Both the position numbers and the translations under genes were made by a program. A model generated the notes under the pieces. It saw nothing but the letters and a program-made list of their open reading frames with translations, did not search any database and had not been told where the DNA came from. A DNA stretch of 64,000 bases from Selaginella moellendorffii (taxonomy: Eukaryota; Plantae; Lycopodiophyta): positions 5,792,360 through 5,856,359 of the forward strand of contig NW_003314261.1 in assembly GCF_000143415.4 (NCBI RefSeq). The letters are read 5' to 3'. Of this stretch, positions 52,196 through 64,000 are shown one piece after another; the stretch's first letter is position 1; the number at the start of each line of letters is the position of its first letter.

Positions 52196-52968
52196 GGCCG
52201 AAGATTCAGAGTGCGATGTTGGAAAAGCCTAGCAGCTTAAATGAGAGACCATTCAAGCTCCAGGACAAGAACAGGAAGGCTGCGGAGAAGGTTCGTTGTC
52301 CGCGGCAATTTACAACTGTTTCTTAGCGTTGTCTGGACATTTCTGCCGTTCCGTATCCAGATAGCTTCGAAGTAGTCATCAAGAACAGGAAGCCTGCTAG
52401 CAAACAAAGCTGGGTAGAGCTAGCTACCTCTCGGACGGCTCTTCAGAAGAATGTGGGTCAGTCAGCGTGCTGTCGTCTTCTCGGGTAAGTGCGAGTTTTA
52501 TGCTTCACGTTTTAGTTTCTTTTCAATTTTTTACGACTTCTGGAGTGCAGATCTCTTGCTTTATTCTCGAAAGATTGGCCAACAAGAAGGAAACTGTTTG
52601 TCTTCTGACGAGGTAGCTATCTAGCTTCTTTTTTTTTCAATTCGATCGTGTTATCGTGACGGAACTTCTTCTCTTTGACAGGACTTCTATCTTTGGCAAC
52701 TACTGTGCAAGAATCAATTTCTGTTGTATTTACAGGAGGGAGTGAGTATATGGTCTCTGGAGCTACCATACGGAGTCATGCTGAGACACTTGTTGGTGCG
52801 GGTTCATGAACGGGACAGGAGCAGAATAGTGTGGGTGAGATACCACCAGCCGTATTATCGGGTCGATCACCTCGTCATTGTCACTGCTCCATGTCGGTGA
52901 ATTGCCTGCTTTGACAAACTATATCGGTAAGCCTCTTCATTTCATCCGCTAACTCAAAGCTTACTCAC

Positions 52969-54228
52969 TCACTGTGTACCTTTAGGAGCCGGGTAGAAAT
53001 CGTTGTTTCGCTCTGGAGCCATTAGCAAGCAGTTACCTTCATCCTGAACGATACGCTCTTGTGAGGAAACTGGCTCAGCAGTCTGCAGCAGCTCCAGACA
53101 CAGCTTGAGCTTACTGTGGTCCGCTGGTGCTCCACCTTCCGACGCTAAAGTCAGTGCTTGGAACACATGACTTTGCACCATGTCCAGAGCGGTGGTTCCT
53201 GCTGGAGAACGTACGTGTGGGCTCGCATGGTGGTCGAGCAAAACCGCTATCATCTCTGGATCAGCGAGTTCTCCAGCAATGTGTAGAGGTGTCCTTCCTT
53301 CGACATCGACAGCGTTGACATCGGCGGCTCCGAGCTGTAGCAGGATGCTCACAACTTTTCGGCTGCAGTGCGCGACAGCATAGTGAAGAGCGAACGTTTT
53401 GTCGAGGCTGAGGCCTTCCTCCATGACCAGAAGCTTCACCAGCTCAACATCCGACGAATCCAGTGCCTTTTGCATCCTCCGTGTCCGTTGCTCGTCCAGC
53501 GAGTCGCTGCAATCGGCTCTGGAGGCATTGTAGTAGCCACATTTATGTCGGATGGCTTCTATCTCGGCAGCTATCTCCACCGGTACATGTTTCTCTAGCG
53601 CTTCCGTTGACAGGCCAGACTTGGCTATAAGCTTGGAACACACTGACCACAGTTGGAGCAGGTCCTGCTTGCGAGCTGTGACAAGGATTCTCATGGCGTC
53701 CTCGATCGATGCCTTCTCAGCCATCGCAGCCAGCTCCTTCTGTTGTAAAGGTAAAGAAGTTGGATTACTTAAATCATTGGCTTCTCTCTCTCTCTCTTTC
53801 TTACAGACCTGTACCAAGACGGAGAGCTCGTCAATGCCAAACATTTGAGCGGCATGAAGGGCTTCCAGCGCGAAGTCGACCGCGGCTCTACATTGTGAAT
53901 GCCAACAAGAGCTTTCCTTGCACCCTCTGTCAGGCTGAGAATTCGAAGGTAGCAAACATAGCTGACCACTGTAGAGAAATCGCAACGTGAGCATGAAGGC
54001 GTCGTGGCCGACTGCCGAGACCGGCATAACCAGGGGGGCTTGCGTTGGTCCATTGCTAGTCAGCACCATCCGGAAGAATCGACTCCGAGCAGCCAGGACA
54101 CACTTGTGAGCATAGACGTGCCTCCCGTCGATTGCAAATGCAACGTCACTGAAGGCCTGGCCATTATCTAGGAGGTTCGAGAAGTCCTCTGCCAGTTGCT
54201 TCAAAGGCTCCGAATCCTCGAGACTCAT
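52969..54228 (-). CDS. BOP: BLADE-ON-PETIOLE (NPR5/6)-like BTB/POZ-ankyrin protein; one in-frame intron about 53740-53808
   Basis: NLLDNGQAFSDVAF, AHKCVLAARSRFFR, LRFLYSGQ, CWHSQCRAAVD, ASIEDAM, CSKLIAKSGL, RRMQKALDSSDVELVKLLVM, ALHYAV, LLDHHA. Confidence 0.92.
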   Translation of the reverse strand: MSLEDSEPLKQLAEDFSNLLDNGQAFSDVAFAIDGRHVYAHKCVLAARSRFFRMVLTSNGPTQAPLVMPVSAVGHDAFMLTLRFLYSGQLCLLPSNSQPDRGCKESSCWHSQCRAAVDFALEALHAAQMFGIDELSVLVQVCKKEREREANDLSNPTSLPLQQKELAAMAEKASIEDAMRILVTARKQDLLQLWSVCSKLIAKSGLSTEALEKHVPVEIAAEIEAIRHKCGYYNASRADCSDSLDEQRTRRMQKALDSSDVELVKLLVMEEGLSLDKTFALHYAVAHCSRKVVSILLQLGAADVNAVDVEGRTPLHIAGELADPEMIAVLLDHHASPHVRSPAGTTALDMVQSHVFQALTLASEGGAPADHSKLKLCLELLQTAEPVSSQERIVQDEGNCLLMAPERNNDFYPAPKGTQ

Positions 54229-56327
54229 TCCGGGAAACCTTTCTCAGAACAAACTAGCAGCGGAGCCGGGACTGCGAAATACCGTGTGAAGATCCTGAAG
54301 CAAAGCTGTGCAAGGATTCATCTCATGAAGAACTCTATGGTCTTAGATGGCAAGAGATGGGGCGGGAAAAGTCTAAGACGATTTTAAGAACTCAGCACTC
54401 AACTGGTCGTGATCAGCGAGATCAAAAAGGTGAGAGGCTTCATACCTTTGAATTCTTTCTTCTGATTACACATCTGCTGATTCGATCGCTACAGGGATGT
54501 TTTGTGGCCGCGAAAAGGCAACAAGAACGCTGTTTGTCCATTCATGGTGCTGTTCTTTCATTCTCTCCATTTCACACTTTTTTCTGTGCCTAGGAGTTGA
54601 CTCCAGAGCTCTCTTTTTCTTTCTAGGAAGGCCGCTACCGCTCCTTACATTTTTTTTAGTATGGGGAATTGATGACTCGGTCTTTTCCTTATGCTAGGAA
54701 ATGGACGGGTAAACGCTACTCCAGTTTTTTTCTTCGCGTTTGGTTTGTCTCGGTTGGATGATTGGCTTGGTCTTATTAACTTTCATATTTGCAGCTACCC
54801 GCCATTGGAAAGGGAAGAACCGGTCAAGGGGGCCCGATGATTGGGACTCTAGAGGTACACATCCAGTGCACACTTTTGTCTAGCACTTTGCTTTCACAGG
54901 TATGACTGGTTCATCAAGAAAAAGAATTTTTAAAGTTGGAAAAGATAACAAAAGGATGCGGTACGGAGACTTACGTTATCTCAGGTGGGGGTGTTAAAAG
55001 CCAGAAAATTAACTTCCAAGCCAGCGAACCAGCCAGCGAGCGGAAGCTTTGGGTGCTGCGACCTTTTACGAGCAGCACAAACGAGGTCAAAAGCTCCGCT
55101 CACCGTGACGAGACTTATTAGGTAAGCGTCCGTTTCTTTTCTAAGAGGAGATTTTCTCTTGATTACAGCTTCTCTTTGGCAGACAACGGGATATAAAAAA
55201 GATGTTTGCTTGCATCGACAAAAAGGGGCACTAGCATTACGTTGTAGGATCATCCTGGATCTATGCGAGACAGTTGAGCTGTTCCGGGGCTTGTTTCACG
55301 AGGCAGCATTGGGACGGTGAAAAATGCCTCTCCTAGTTTTTATTATGGGCACTGACATTCTCTTTCATTTGGCTCTCAGAGGCGGTACACATATTCGGAA
55401 CTCCAGCCTCGAAAAGCTTTCTGGTAATCTGTGCCTGTCCCCTCTCTGTTTTTCTACCTAGTGATTCTCTTGTTTCTTTGCTAATGTGATGTTTACACTA
55501 TACAGATATCCGACTTTTAAAGGGGGACCATCTCGCCCTGCACGTACAGTGTGTCGACATTCTGGAATGACATGGCGACACTCCCACCAAAGCTTTCGAG
55601 CGAGTTGCCGGACGCGAGTTTAGCAGCGGGAGGCGAGCATGTTGTCATCTGCCAGTGGTATGGAGACATCTCTTTTTCTTTTGCCGATTTGCAGTGGCCT
55701 CTCCGTGTATAAAAATCCGTCCCTGTGCTTGTTTTTGCAGCAGCCAAGGATTGCAGGTTTCGGTGGTGCTGGTTCCAATTCAGGTCGCGGCTGCGTTCCC
55801 TGTTGCTGGGCTCTGAATTGAAATCAGCGCCCTTGAAACTTTGCGATCCACACAGGGGGATATCGGTTCTATTTTCTCTCGACGTCTTTGGTGAGGTCTT
55901 TGTTTCCTCATGGTGTGGGAGACTAATAAGCTTTTGGCTCCTTTGGCAGCACTGGAACAAATACGTTACAACGCGTGAGGCAAGATGTTCGTCGTGGATC
56001 AATCAGGTACTAGGTTTTTTTATTTGGCGCTCAAAGCGTTAACTATAGTGGCAAAAAGTACTTCTTTTACAAGCAGTGTTAGCTGGCCTGAAATCTTCGT
56101 TCCTAATAGTTGCATGGCTTCACAAACTTGTCCTTGGTTGTCCACTTGAAGACATGATACCAATTTAAGCTAAAACATAAACTAAGATTAAGTTTGACTG
56201 TTCTCACCTTCATTGACAATGAAGTGAAAGAAAGAGATTGATCGCAACAGAAACACCACCATGCTCCCCTTTGTGCGAATTGGCATGGTATTTTTTTAAT
56301 GTAAACAAAGAAGAAAAGCCTGGAACA

Positions 56328-57201
56328 TTAAATCTTGGTGGCGATGTCGAACGCACACACTGGGCGGGGCCAACTCGAGCTGGGGTGTGTATGGCAGCAT
56401 ATTGGCCTTGAGCTCCCTTATCATGTCCAGTTCTACGTTAAGCGCTGTCGCAGTGGACCTGTTGGGAATCATCAACAGAGCACCACCACTTGTCTGTAGA
56501 AACAGACACACAAAAACTATTATGAAAAAAGAATAACGTAAATAACTTCAGAAAAAAAGTAAGAAGGAAGCTGGCGATGTTGTTTTGTTTACCAGAGTTC
56601 CTGGGTTTTGGCTGTTCAGAGCCGAGATGTAAATCGCAGGCTTGGTCCCAACGTTGAGCTGAAAGTGCATCGTTCGTCACAGGAAAACCATGAGATCGCC
56701 TGGGTACAAAAGGTTAATGCGTGATACTTCTGGAAAATCACATCGTATTCAAAGATCTTTACGAGATCAAGATCGAGAGATCGGTCTTATTTCCTACCGC
56801 GTGTATCAACGAAGCCAACTTGAAGCTCGAAGCCAACGACCACCGGAGACCATGGTCGAGTGCTCCGAACCTCGAGGATGCGTGTGTGGGACATTGACTC
56901 CACAAGGAACCACATGAAACTGGACATAAGTTAATCCTTGAGACCTTCGTAGAAACAAACGAAAGAACAAGCCATGAGTTTTGAGAACTGAGAAAAGAAT
57001 ACGTGATTCCTAAGATTGTCGTGTTGATTGCAGCCACGAACACCACCGGGTCTATTGCGAACATCCCTCTTAACATCTCGTAGCACGAAATCGCAAAGAG
57101 CTCCCTACCCCGCGAAATCTCGCAGTGGATCGGGATTGGCCGCGACTAACACATTCAAGCACCCAAGATCACCACTGCCAACAAAGCTTCTTGAAATCCA
57201 A
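56328..57201 (-). pseudogene. Germin-like protein pseudogene, copy A
   Basis: ANPDPLRDF, CGVNVPHTHPRGSE, TMHFQLNVG. The start codon is lost, there is a 10-nt frameshifting insertion at 56828-56837, and there are in-frame stops. Confidence 0.85.
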
Positions 57202-57260
57202 CGGTAAAGAAAAAAAGTATCCAAATGCGATCAATGTCTCGTTGTGCTTGAGAAACAATA

Positions 57261-57296
<36 letters not shown>

Positions 57297-57780
57297 TAAA
57301 AAGGAAAAGTAAGAACGAAATGAGGGAAGAGGGCATCGAGCTTGCATGCATGCATTCAAGAGAACGTGTGTTTTTGGAAAAAAATCTAATTCAAATTCCT
57401 TACAGCCTTCGAGTAACATATCTCGACTTTTCTCGTAGAAAAGGTTTTTAACCATTTGAAAAAGTCAGTTGGGGCATTGCAGGAATCCCAACGGACCACT
57501 AGCCATTACATTTGCTCCATTAAGTCAAGCTTCGGTGACACAGCGATCAAGTCGCTCACTACTCTCATCCTCTACCTAGTGGTTTTTGCAATAGAAACCA
57601 CTTGATCAACCACTACCCAAGCAATTCGCTGCAATGAAATCAGTAGGTACGAGACTTGGACGCGACCATTCTCTTGCTTCGAAACAAAGTCAGCCTTTAA
57701 ATATAAGTGTTCCCATCAAAAAGCCAAACAAGTCAAGGATGGATCACTTTAGTTACAGTGGTCAATGTAAACAAAGGACC

Positions 57781-58454
57781 TTAAATCTTGGTGGTGATGT
57801 CTCGGCCGGGAACGCACACGGCGGGTGGGGCCAACTCGAGCCGGGGCGTATATGGCAGCATATTGGCCTTGAGCTTCCGGATCACGTCCAGCCCTACGTT
57901 GAGCGCATTTGCAGCGGACCTGTCCGGGATCATCAAGAGAGCACCACCACTTGTCTACACACACATCAGAAAAACGTTAAGAGAAAAGCCGAGATAAGTT
58001 TTTTGTTTACCAGAGTTCCTGGGTTTTGGCTGTTGAGAGCCGAGATGTAAAACGCAGGCTTGGTCCCGACGTTGATCTCAAAGTGCATCGTTCCCCCGTG
58101 GGAATATCGTGATATCGCCCGGGTTCAAGAGGTTGATGCGTGGTACTCCTGGAAAATCACCCCATATGTTCTTTATAAGATCGAGAGAGAGAATCTTATT
58201 TTCCTACCAGCTGTATCCACGAATCCAACTTGAAGTGGCCCGCCAGAGATCATGGTGAGGAGCTCGGAAGCTCGAGGGTGCGTGTGTGGGAGATTGACTC
58301 CACAGGGAACCATGTTAAAGTGTACATAAGTTATCCCTTGAGACCTGCAAAGAAAACCAAGGAAAACCTCGATTGGGATCTCCAGAGGCAAAGAGTTAAG
58401 AAAAGCACGTGCGCCCAGGATCATTACCACCAGCATCAACTTCTTGGACTCCAT
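57781..58454 (-). pseudogene. Germin-like protein, copy B, apparently disabled
   Basis: CGVNLPHTHPRASE, LNPGDITIFPRG/TMHFE, ALNSQNPG. Most of exon 1 is deleted relative to copy A, and there is an extra G in the run at 58093-58097. A TATATAAA lies at about 58540-58547. Confidence 0.8.
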
Positions 58455-59104
58455 CGCTCGAGATCTCAAAAGAAGATTGTTCTTCAGAAACTTCGATTCA
58501 GGAAGAGGGGCGAACGATGATAAGTCTAAGAGTGTGGGGTTTATATACTGTGGCAAGTCTCAAAGTCAGAGATTAAAAACTCTTCAAGCTACCGGTTACG
58601 TTTCTAAATCTTTTCTTTACGAAAAAAAATAAGGTAAAACTATTTTGACCTGACCAGTTCCAAATCCGCCATTTACGAATGCATACATACTCACAAGTTC
58701 TTGCAAACCAATCCTTTGATTGTTTTAGATGGAAACTTCCACAAGAAAAAACATGTCGTAGAGTTTTTGGTACATACAAGGGGACCTCACACTTGTGAGA
58801 TACGGGAAATATTTTCTCCTTATTTTTGTTCGCTCGATGTGCTGTGTCTTTCATAATCTATAACAAGTGGAAGAAGTATTGCGAAAGCAAACAGAGAAAA
58901 AGAAAGCTACGCAAGAATCGGGCTGAACTCCTCCACGCAAACCTGGAGAGAAACTTTAGCTTTACCTTTTCCCCAGGATACACTGTCTTGGATGACGCAC
59001 TTCTCTTGAGTTCTAGAACAATCAGATTTTTCTCACGACAAGGAGACGTTGCTGAATCAGTGAAAATTAGACCACAGATCAATCTCAGCTTAGCAGCTTC
59101 TCCA

Positions 59105-60189
59105 TGTTAGAGGTAGAGATGATGTGGCATGTAGTTATGCCCACGTGGCAGTAGTTCCATGTATATGTATCATCTATATACAATTGAATACAGAGAGAGA
59201 AAGTTCTTCCTCCTTGTGTGTGTCTCTCCGCTGCTAACATGGTATTGGAGCAATTGGCTCCGGCATGGCACTTGCTGGCTAGGAGGCCAGTGACGAGGAG
59301 GAAGATGAGCCTCCTGATTGCAATCACTCTTTTTGCAATGCTTGAAGCTTTTGTTAGATGCGCTAGATGCTTGAGGCATTGCATCAAGGCACCAGGCCGT
59401 GCAGAGGCGCTGAGCAGCAAGCAATAGCAAGCGGAGCATAAAGCCAGTGGGAGCTTGAGAGATTTCAGCAACCCACATCAAAAATTGGATCAAACAAGAT
59501 TCAAGAACATTGCATAACAATTCTTTGCAGGAATTTCCAGCAATTGGGAAGGATGCTTATGGAGATTCAAGTGCCTGGTAGCAGTAGAAGTGAGAGCGTG
59601 GCAGTTCATAGCCAAGACCACATGCTAGTGGCAAGATTGAAGCCATAGCAAGGAGTAAAGAGTGTGCAAGCAAGTTCAAGACCAAGCAGGGTTTTATTCA
59701 AAGCTACTTTTTGGCATTTTGAATAATTATGACCGTTTAATTAAGCATAACTTTTGAACCTTTAACCCTGCCGGAGAAAAGATTCAATGGTGATTCGATG
59801 CATATTCAAGTTGTCAGGGTTATTACTAACATTGATATTGTTGATTTTAGGCTACTTAAAGAAATTGTTAGCTCGGCCACTAACAGCAATTGATTTTTCA
59901 AATGGCACTAATTTGTATTATAGCTTAACATTTTCTCTGCCAAAAAACCATTTCAAATGGCTTTTTGACGGCCGAAATAAAACACTGAGACCAAGAACCA
60001 AGTTTTGGGTAGTTGATGAGTTTTTCATATATTTTCTTATCAACTCTCCATGCTCATCATCTCAGACTAACTAGACAGGATTCAGGCTTAGATTCAGACT
60101 TGGATGGGAGTGTTAAAGGTAGAGATGATGTGGCATGTGGTTCCATGTATATGTACTATCCATATACAGTTGAATACAGAGTGTTAACA
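59105..60189 (+). mobile_element. Non-autonomous LTR retroelement (TRIM-like), about 1.1 kb
   Basis: 5' LTR 59105-59239 (TGTTA..TAACA), PBS-like TGGTATTGGAGC 59240-59251, PPT GGATGGGAG 60102-60110, shortened 3' LTR 60111-60189, TSD CTCCA at 59100-59104 and 60190-60194. Confidence 0.9.
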
Positions 60190-60199
60190 CTCCAGCGAT

Positions 60200-63100
60200 G
60201 GATCTTTCTTACAAAATCCAATGACAGATCACCCGGAGAAACTCCACTACGTCGGACTTTGGAGAGCACATCCGCCACATCCAAAGAAGTGCCATGATTC
60301 TTAAAGTGCCCTTCCCTTTCGAATATTCTTGTAACGCGGAGGGTTTTGTGAGTTTTGCAATGGTTTTAGCTCATACCAGTGAATTTCTTGGAGATTTGTG
60401 CTGTCGGGTGGATAGAGGAGCTTGATCAGGTCACACAACAGAATGGTTTTGAAACGAACAAGAGAGCGAACCCTAGGCCAACCTCCCAACCCTTAAGGCG
60501 TTATGGCCTTAAATCCCACATGCCATAGAATATTCTTGGAATATTCCTGTGGTTCGTGTCATTTTCCCCTCCCTCATGACCCAGCCACATATGGTAGCCT
60601 TGAGAAGCTAAACGAGCCTAAATGAAGGGAGTCCAATGCAATACGGCCATGGAGAAAAGATGTGCAAACGGCAACACCAACGTCGCGACAAACAGCCATG
60701 AAAGAAAGAAAGCAATACGGCTTTCTCACATGACAATACGGTCATGGAAAAAAACGGCTCAAATCATATAGCAATACGGCTATAGAACTCAATTCTCCCC
60801 TTCCTCAGGAATGTCATCCAAGTCATAACCAAAACTCAGAAACACTCTCTTCATGTCATCCTCAATTTCCCATGTAGCTTCGTCCATGGAATAACCATTC
60901 CACTGAACTAACAACTCCCTAGTTGTTTTCCGGCGTGTTTTCACCAATCTTTGAGCAAGAATATTGGCCGGACCAGCCTTCTCTGCATCAATCTCTGGAA
61001 CCTGGATGATGGACTGATCCACAATATCACCAGAGTGCAAATACACTTTAAGCTTGCTCACATGGAACGTTGGATGAATCTTCGAACTAACTGGCAAATC
61101 CAAAGTGTATGCAAGATCCCCCACACGCTGTAAAATTGTCCAAGGCCCACAATACCGTGGGGACAACTTAGCACTACCACTTCCTTTTAGAGATTGTTGT
61201 GCATCCGACAGCTTAAGGAAAACTTTGTCACCAACTTTGTACTCTTGATGACGACGATGCTCATCAGCCAATTTTTTGTCTCGTTCTTGAGCTTGCCTCA
61301 TGTTCAATTTTGCCAACTCAAGCTTGTCTTGCATATCCTCCAGGAAATCACAAGCATGAAGAACCCGAACCAAAGCCAAATTCAAACTCACAGGAGACCT
61401 AGGCTCATAGCCATACATCACCATAAAAGGAGACATGCCAATAGCCGATTGATGAGCGCTATTGTGAGCAAATTGAAGCAAAGGCAAGTATTTTTCCCAT
61501 ACTCCTTGTCGAGTCAAGTTTCCCACAAAAGACCGTAGCATATCTTCTAATAGCTGATTCATGCGCTCTGTCTACCCATCAGATTGTGGATGCTCACCAC
61601 TACTCATGCTCAGTTTAGTCTCTAGTTTTTCAAAGACCGTTTGCCAAAACTTGGACGTGAACTTAGGATCCCGATCACTCACAATGTCACCCGGCAAACC
61701 ATAGAGACTGAATAACCGGTCTACAAACAACTGAGCAAGTTCAGAAGCTTTTATCGTTGTCTTCACAGGGAAGAAGTGAGCCATCTTCGTCAAACGATCC
61801 ACAACAACCCAAATAGCATCATTTCCTCGAAAGGTTTTGGGCAAACCAGTGATAAAGTCCATCGAGATGCTATCCCACTTATTCTCGGGTACACGTAAAG
61901 GATGATAGAGGCCAGCGAGCTTCTGATGATCAACTTTGACCGCCTGGCAGGTCAAGCAACCACATACGTACTTCTCAACATTTGACTTCATCCCAGGCCA
62001 AAAGAAATGCCTCTTCACCAACATATACGTTCTCAATACCCCCGGATGCCCAGCACTTGGCACATCATGACACTCAACCAAAATCCGTTTGATGAGTTTG
62101 TCAACACGAGGAACCACTACACGTCCCTTCTTCACCAGGATTCCATCTTGTATTTCGAATGACGCAAACTTGTCACCCTTTAAATCTGTAGAGGCGTCCC
62201 TCAACAAAACCTTCGCGCGAATATCAGTGATAAAGGAGTCGAAGTCAACAAACTCCTTAAGCTCATCCAAGAGATCACTGGATAACTTCACGAATGAGAT
62301 AGAATTTACCATCCTGGATAACGCATCAGCCACCTTATTGTCACCTCCATGCTTGTACCGGATCTTAACAGACATTTCCTGCAGGAACTCTTGCCAACGA
62401 GCAAGGCGGCCTCTGTAGTGCACCTTATCTCTCTCCCCTTAAGCCAACTGGAAAAGGGGCAATTGCTTGATGAGAGAGCCCTTAGTGGCTATTTTATCCC
62501 CATTTATCCCCCAAGGTTCCAAGGATCCACGGTGACAGTATATCCAAATCTCATCCCATGTATATCCAAATCTCATCCCATGATCGCATGCGCTACACTC
62601 ACCCCCCCTTCAGAGATGTCAATGTCCTCATTGACTATTGACTAACAACCCCTACTGAGCCCTCATTGACTATTGACTAACAACCCCTACTGAGCCAAGG
62701 GAAACTAGCACCTCCATTTCCACACTCAATCTACCAATCCTTCCATTGTGTAGACCAGCTATTCCATGTGAGCCAACTAGTCATCCACCCGTACCGCAGT
62801 CCCACGGTGGATACCTTCGTCCGTGGATACTCCACACAAGAGGAAGGACATATGCACCTCCATTTCCACACTCAATCTACCAATCCTTCCATTGTGTAGA
62901 CCAGCTATTCCATGTGAGGCAACTAGTCATCCACCCGTACCGCAGTCCCACGGTGGATACCTTCGTCCGTGGATACTCCACACAAGAGGAAGGACATATG
63001 CATGGATGCCCAATACGTACGATTTCAAATTTAGGGGTAGGAATATACCTTGCTCAAGGGTATATTATATTTTTAAGTAGCCACTAATCAATGGGAATCG

Positions 63101-64000
63101 AACCCGTGCCATTTGCTCCAATACCAACTGTAGCGCACCTTATCTCTCTCCCCTTAAGCCAACTGGAAAAGGGGCAATTGCTTGATGAGAGAGCCCTTAG
63201 TGACTATTTTATCCCCATTTATCCCCATTTATCCCCCAAGGTTCCAAGGATCCACGGTGACAGTATATCCAAATCTCATCCCATGATCGCATGCGCTACA
63301 GCCTCGAAGATCCACATCTGGAGAGACTGATGATTTGAAACTACATGGAAGTCCGATCCATATAGATAATGTTGCCATTCTTGAGTAGGTCAATTTTGCT
63401 GTGTGACATGAAACTTGTGGCTCATAAAGGCAAGAGAATGCCTAACTTGAAGCAATACGGCCCCAAAAGCACTATCACTCACATCATTGCTTATAATTTC
63501 CACCACAGTCACCTTATCATTCATTGACCCCTTCAGAACAATCCTTGCTCTGATGTCCAGCTCTATGGCAACGAAAACAATTGCCCTCCGCCTTGTCTTT
63601 CTGTCGCTGGTCCAAACAAAGTTTCTTAGCTTCACTGCCATCTTCATGCTTCGAGCCACAACGGAATAATGACCATTTCTTCCCCGAATATGAAGAATTA
63701 GCAAGCTGGTCATCACGTTGACTACTCCGTGGACTATTTCGTTGACCAGAGTTGACCAAGTTGACTGACGGTTCGGGTGAAAAGATCTGAGCCTTAGTGA
63801 TAGCATCAGTCAATGTTGCTAGAAAATTCTTCTTGACCTTTTGCTACACATCCACCGAGCTCAATCCTTTGATGAAACATTGCACCTTTAGCAGCTCATT
63901 GTAGGTGCCCGTGAGACTAAGGCAAAGATCACGGAACTTGCGGGCATATGCATCCAAATCCAAAGTCCCCTGCTGGATCTCTAACAACTGATTCACGAGA
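60200..64000 (-). mobile_element. Decayed Ty3/gypsy chromovirus: gag, RNase H end, integrase, chromodomain; runs off the window. The 3' LTR boundary is uncertain.
   Basis: Gag knuckle CFRCHRAGHQSKDC; RNase H EWQHYLYG..RLARW; integrase H..GHPG..C..C, SMDFITGLP, IVSDRDPKF; KLSPRYCGP; HPTFHVS; chromodomain LVQWNGYSMDEATWE; in-frame stop at 61572; purine tract at about 60793-60807. Confidence 0.92.
62414..63300 (-). mobile_element. Second TRIM-like element nested in the gypsy RNase H
   Basis: LTRs 62414-62597 and 63129-63300 (TGTAG..CTACA), TSD GCCTC at 62409-62413 and 63301-63305, PBS-like TGGTATTGGAGC on the minus strand at about 63116-63127, PPT 62598-62610, internal 35-bp and 146-bp tandem duplications. 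Confidence 0.92.

Overview
Gene-dense nuclear DNA from a land plant. Tiny introns (about 45-70 nt), intergenic gaps often under 300 bp, and a ciliary dynein-assembly gene (ZMYND10) beside cryptochrome, BOP, pTAC3 and GUX genes point to a seed-free plant with flagellated sperm, most likely the lycophyte Selaginella (inference). I read 18 spliced or intronless protein genes: PDF1-like, TRM6, MTHFR, a chloroplast RNP, RNase H2 subunit C, a BTL-type carrier, a BAHD acyltransferase, two GT8/GUX paralogs, a 75-aa DFRP-like microprotein, a TDBD protein, an AITR-like protein, cryptochrome, TMEM214, ZMYND10, pTAC3, a MYST acetyltransferase and a BOP-like gene. There is also an uncharacterised conserved ORF, a tRNA-Asn gene, two germin-like pseudogenes, two TRIM-like LTR elements with perfect 5-bp TSDs, and a decayed chromodomain Ty3/gypsy element. 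The most unusual feature is a roughly 5.5-kb patchwork (20.2-25.7 kb) between the two GUX genes. It is stitched from decayed copies of five loci that all lie elsewhere in this same window, shortened by microhomology-bounded deletions and arranged around nested inverted repeats. The second is a tRNA-Asn gene whose 5' end lies only 18 bp from the ATG of a divergent RNase H2C gene. Family names come from motif recognition by eye; no database searches were run.
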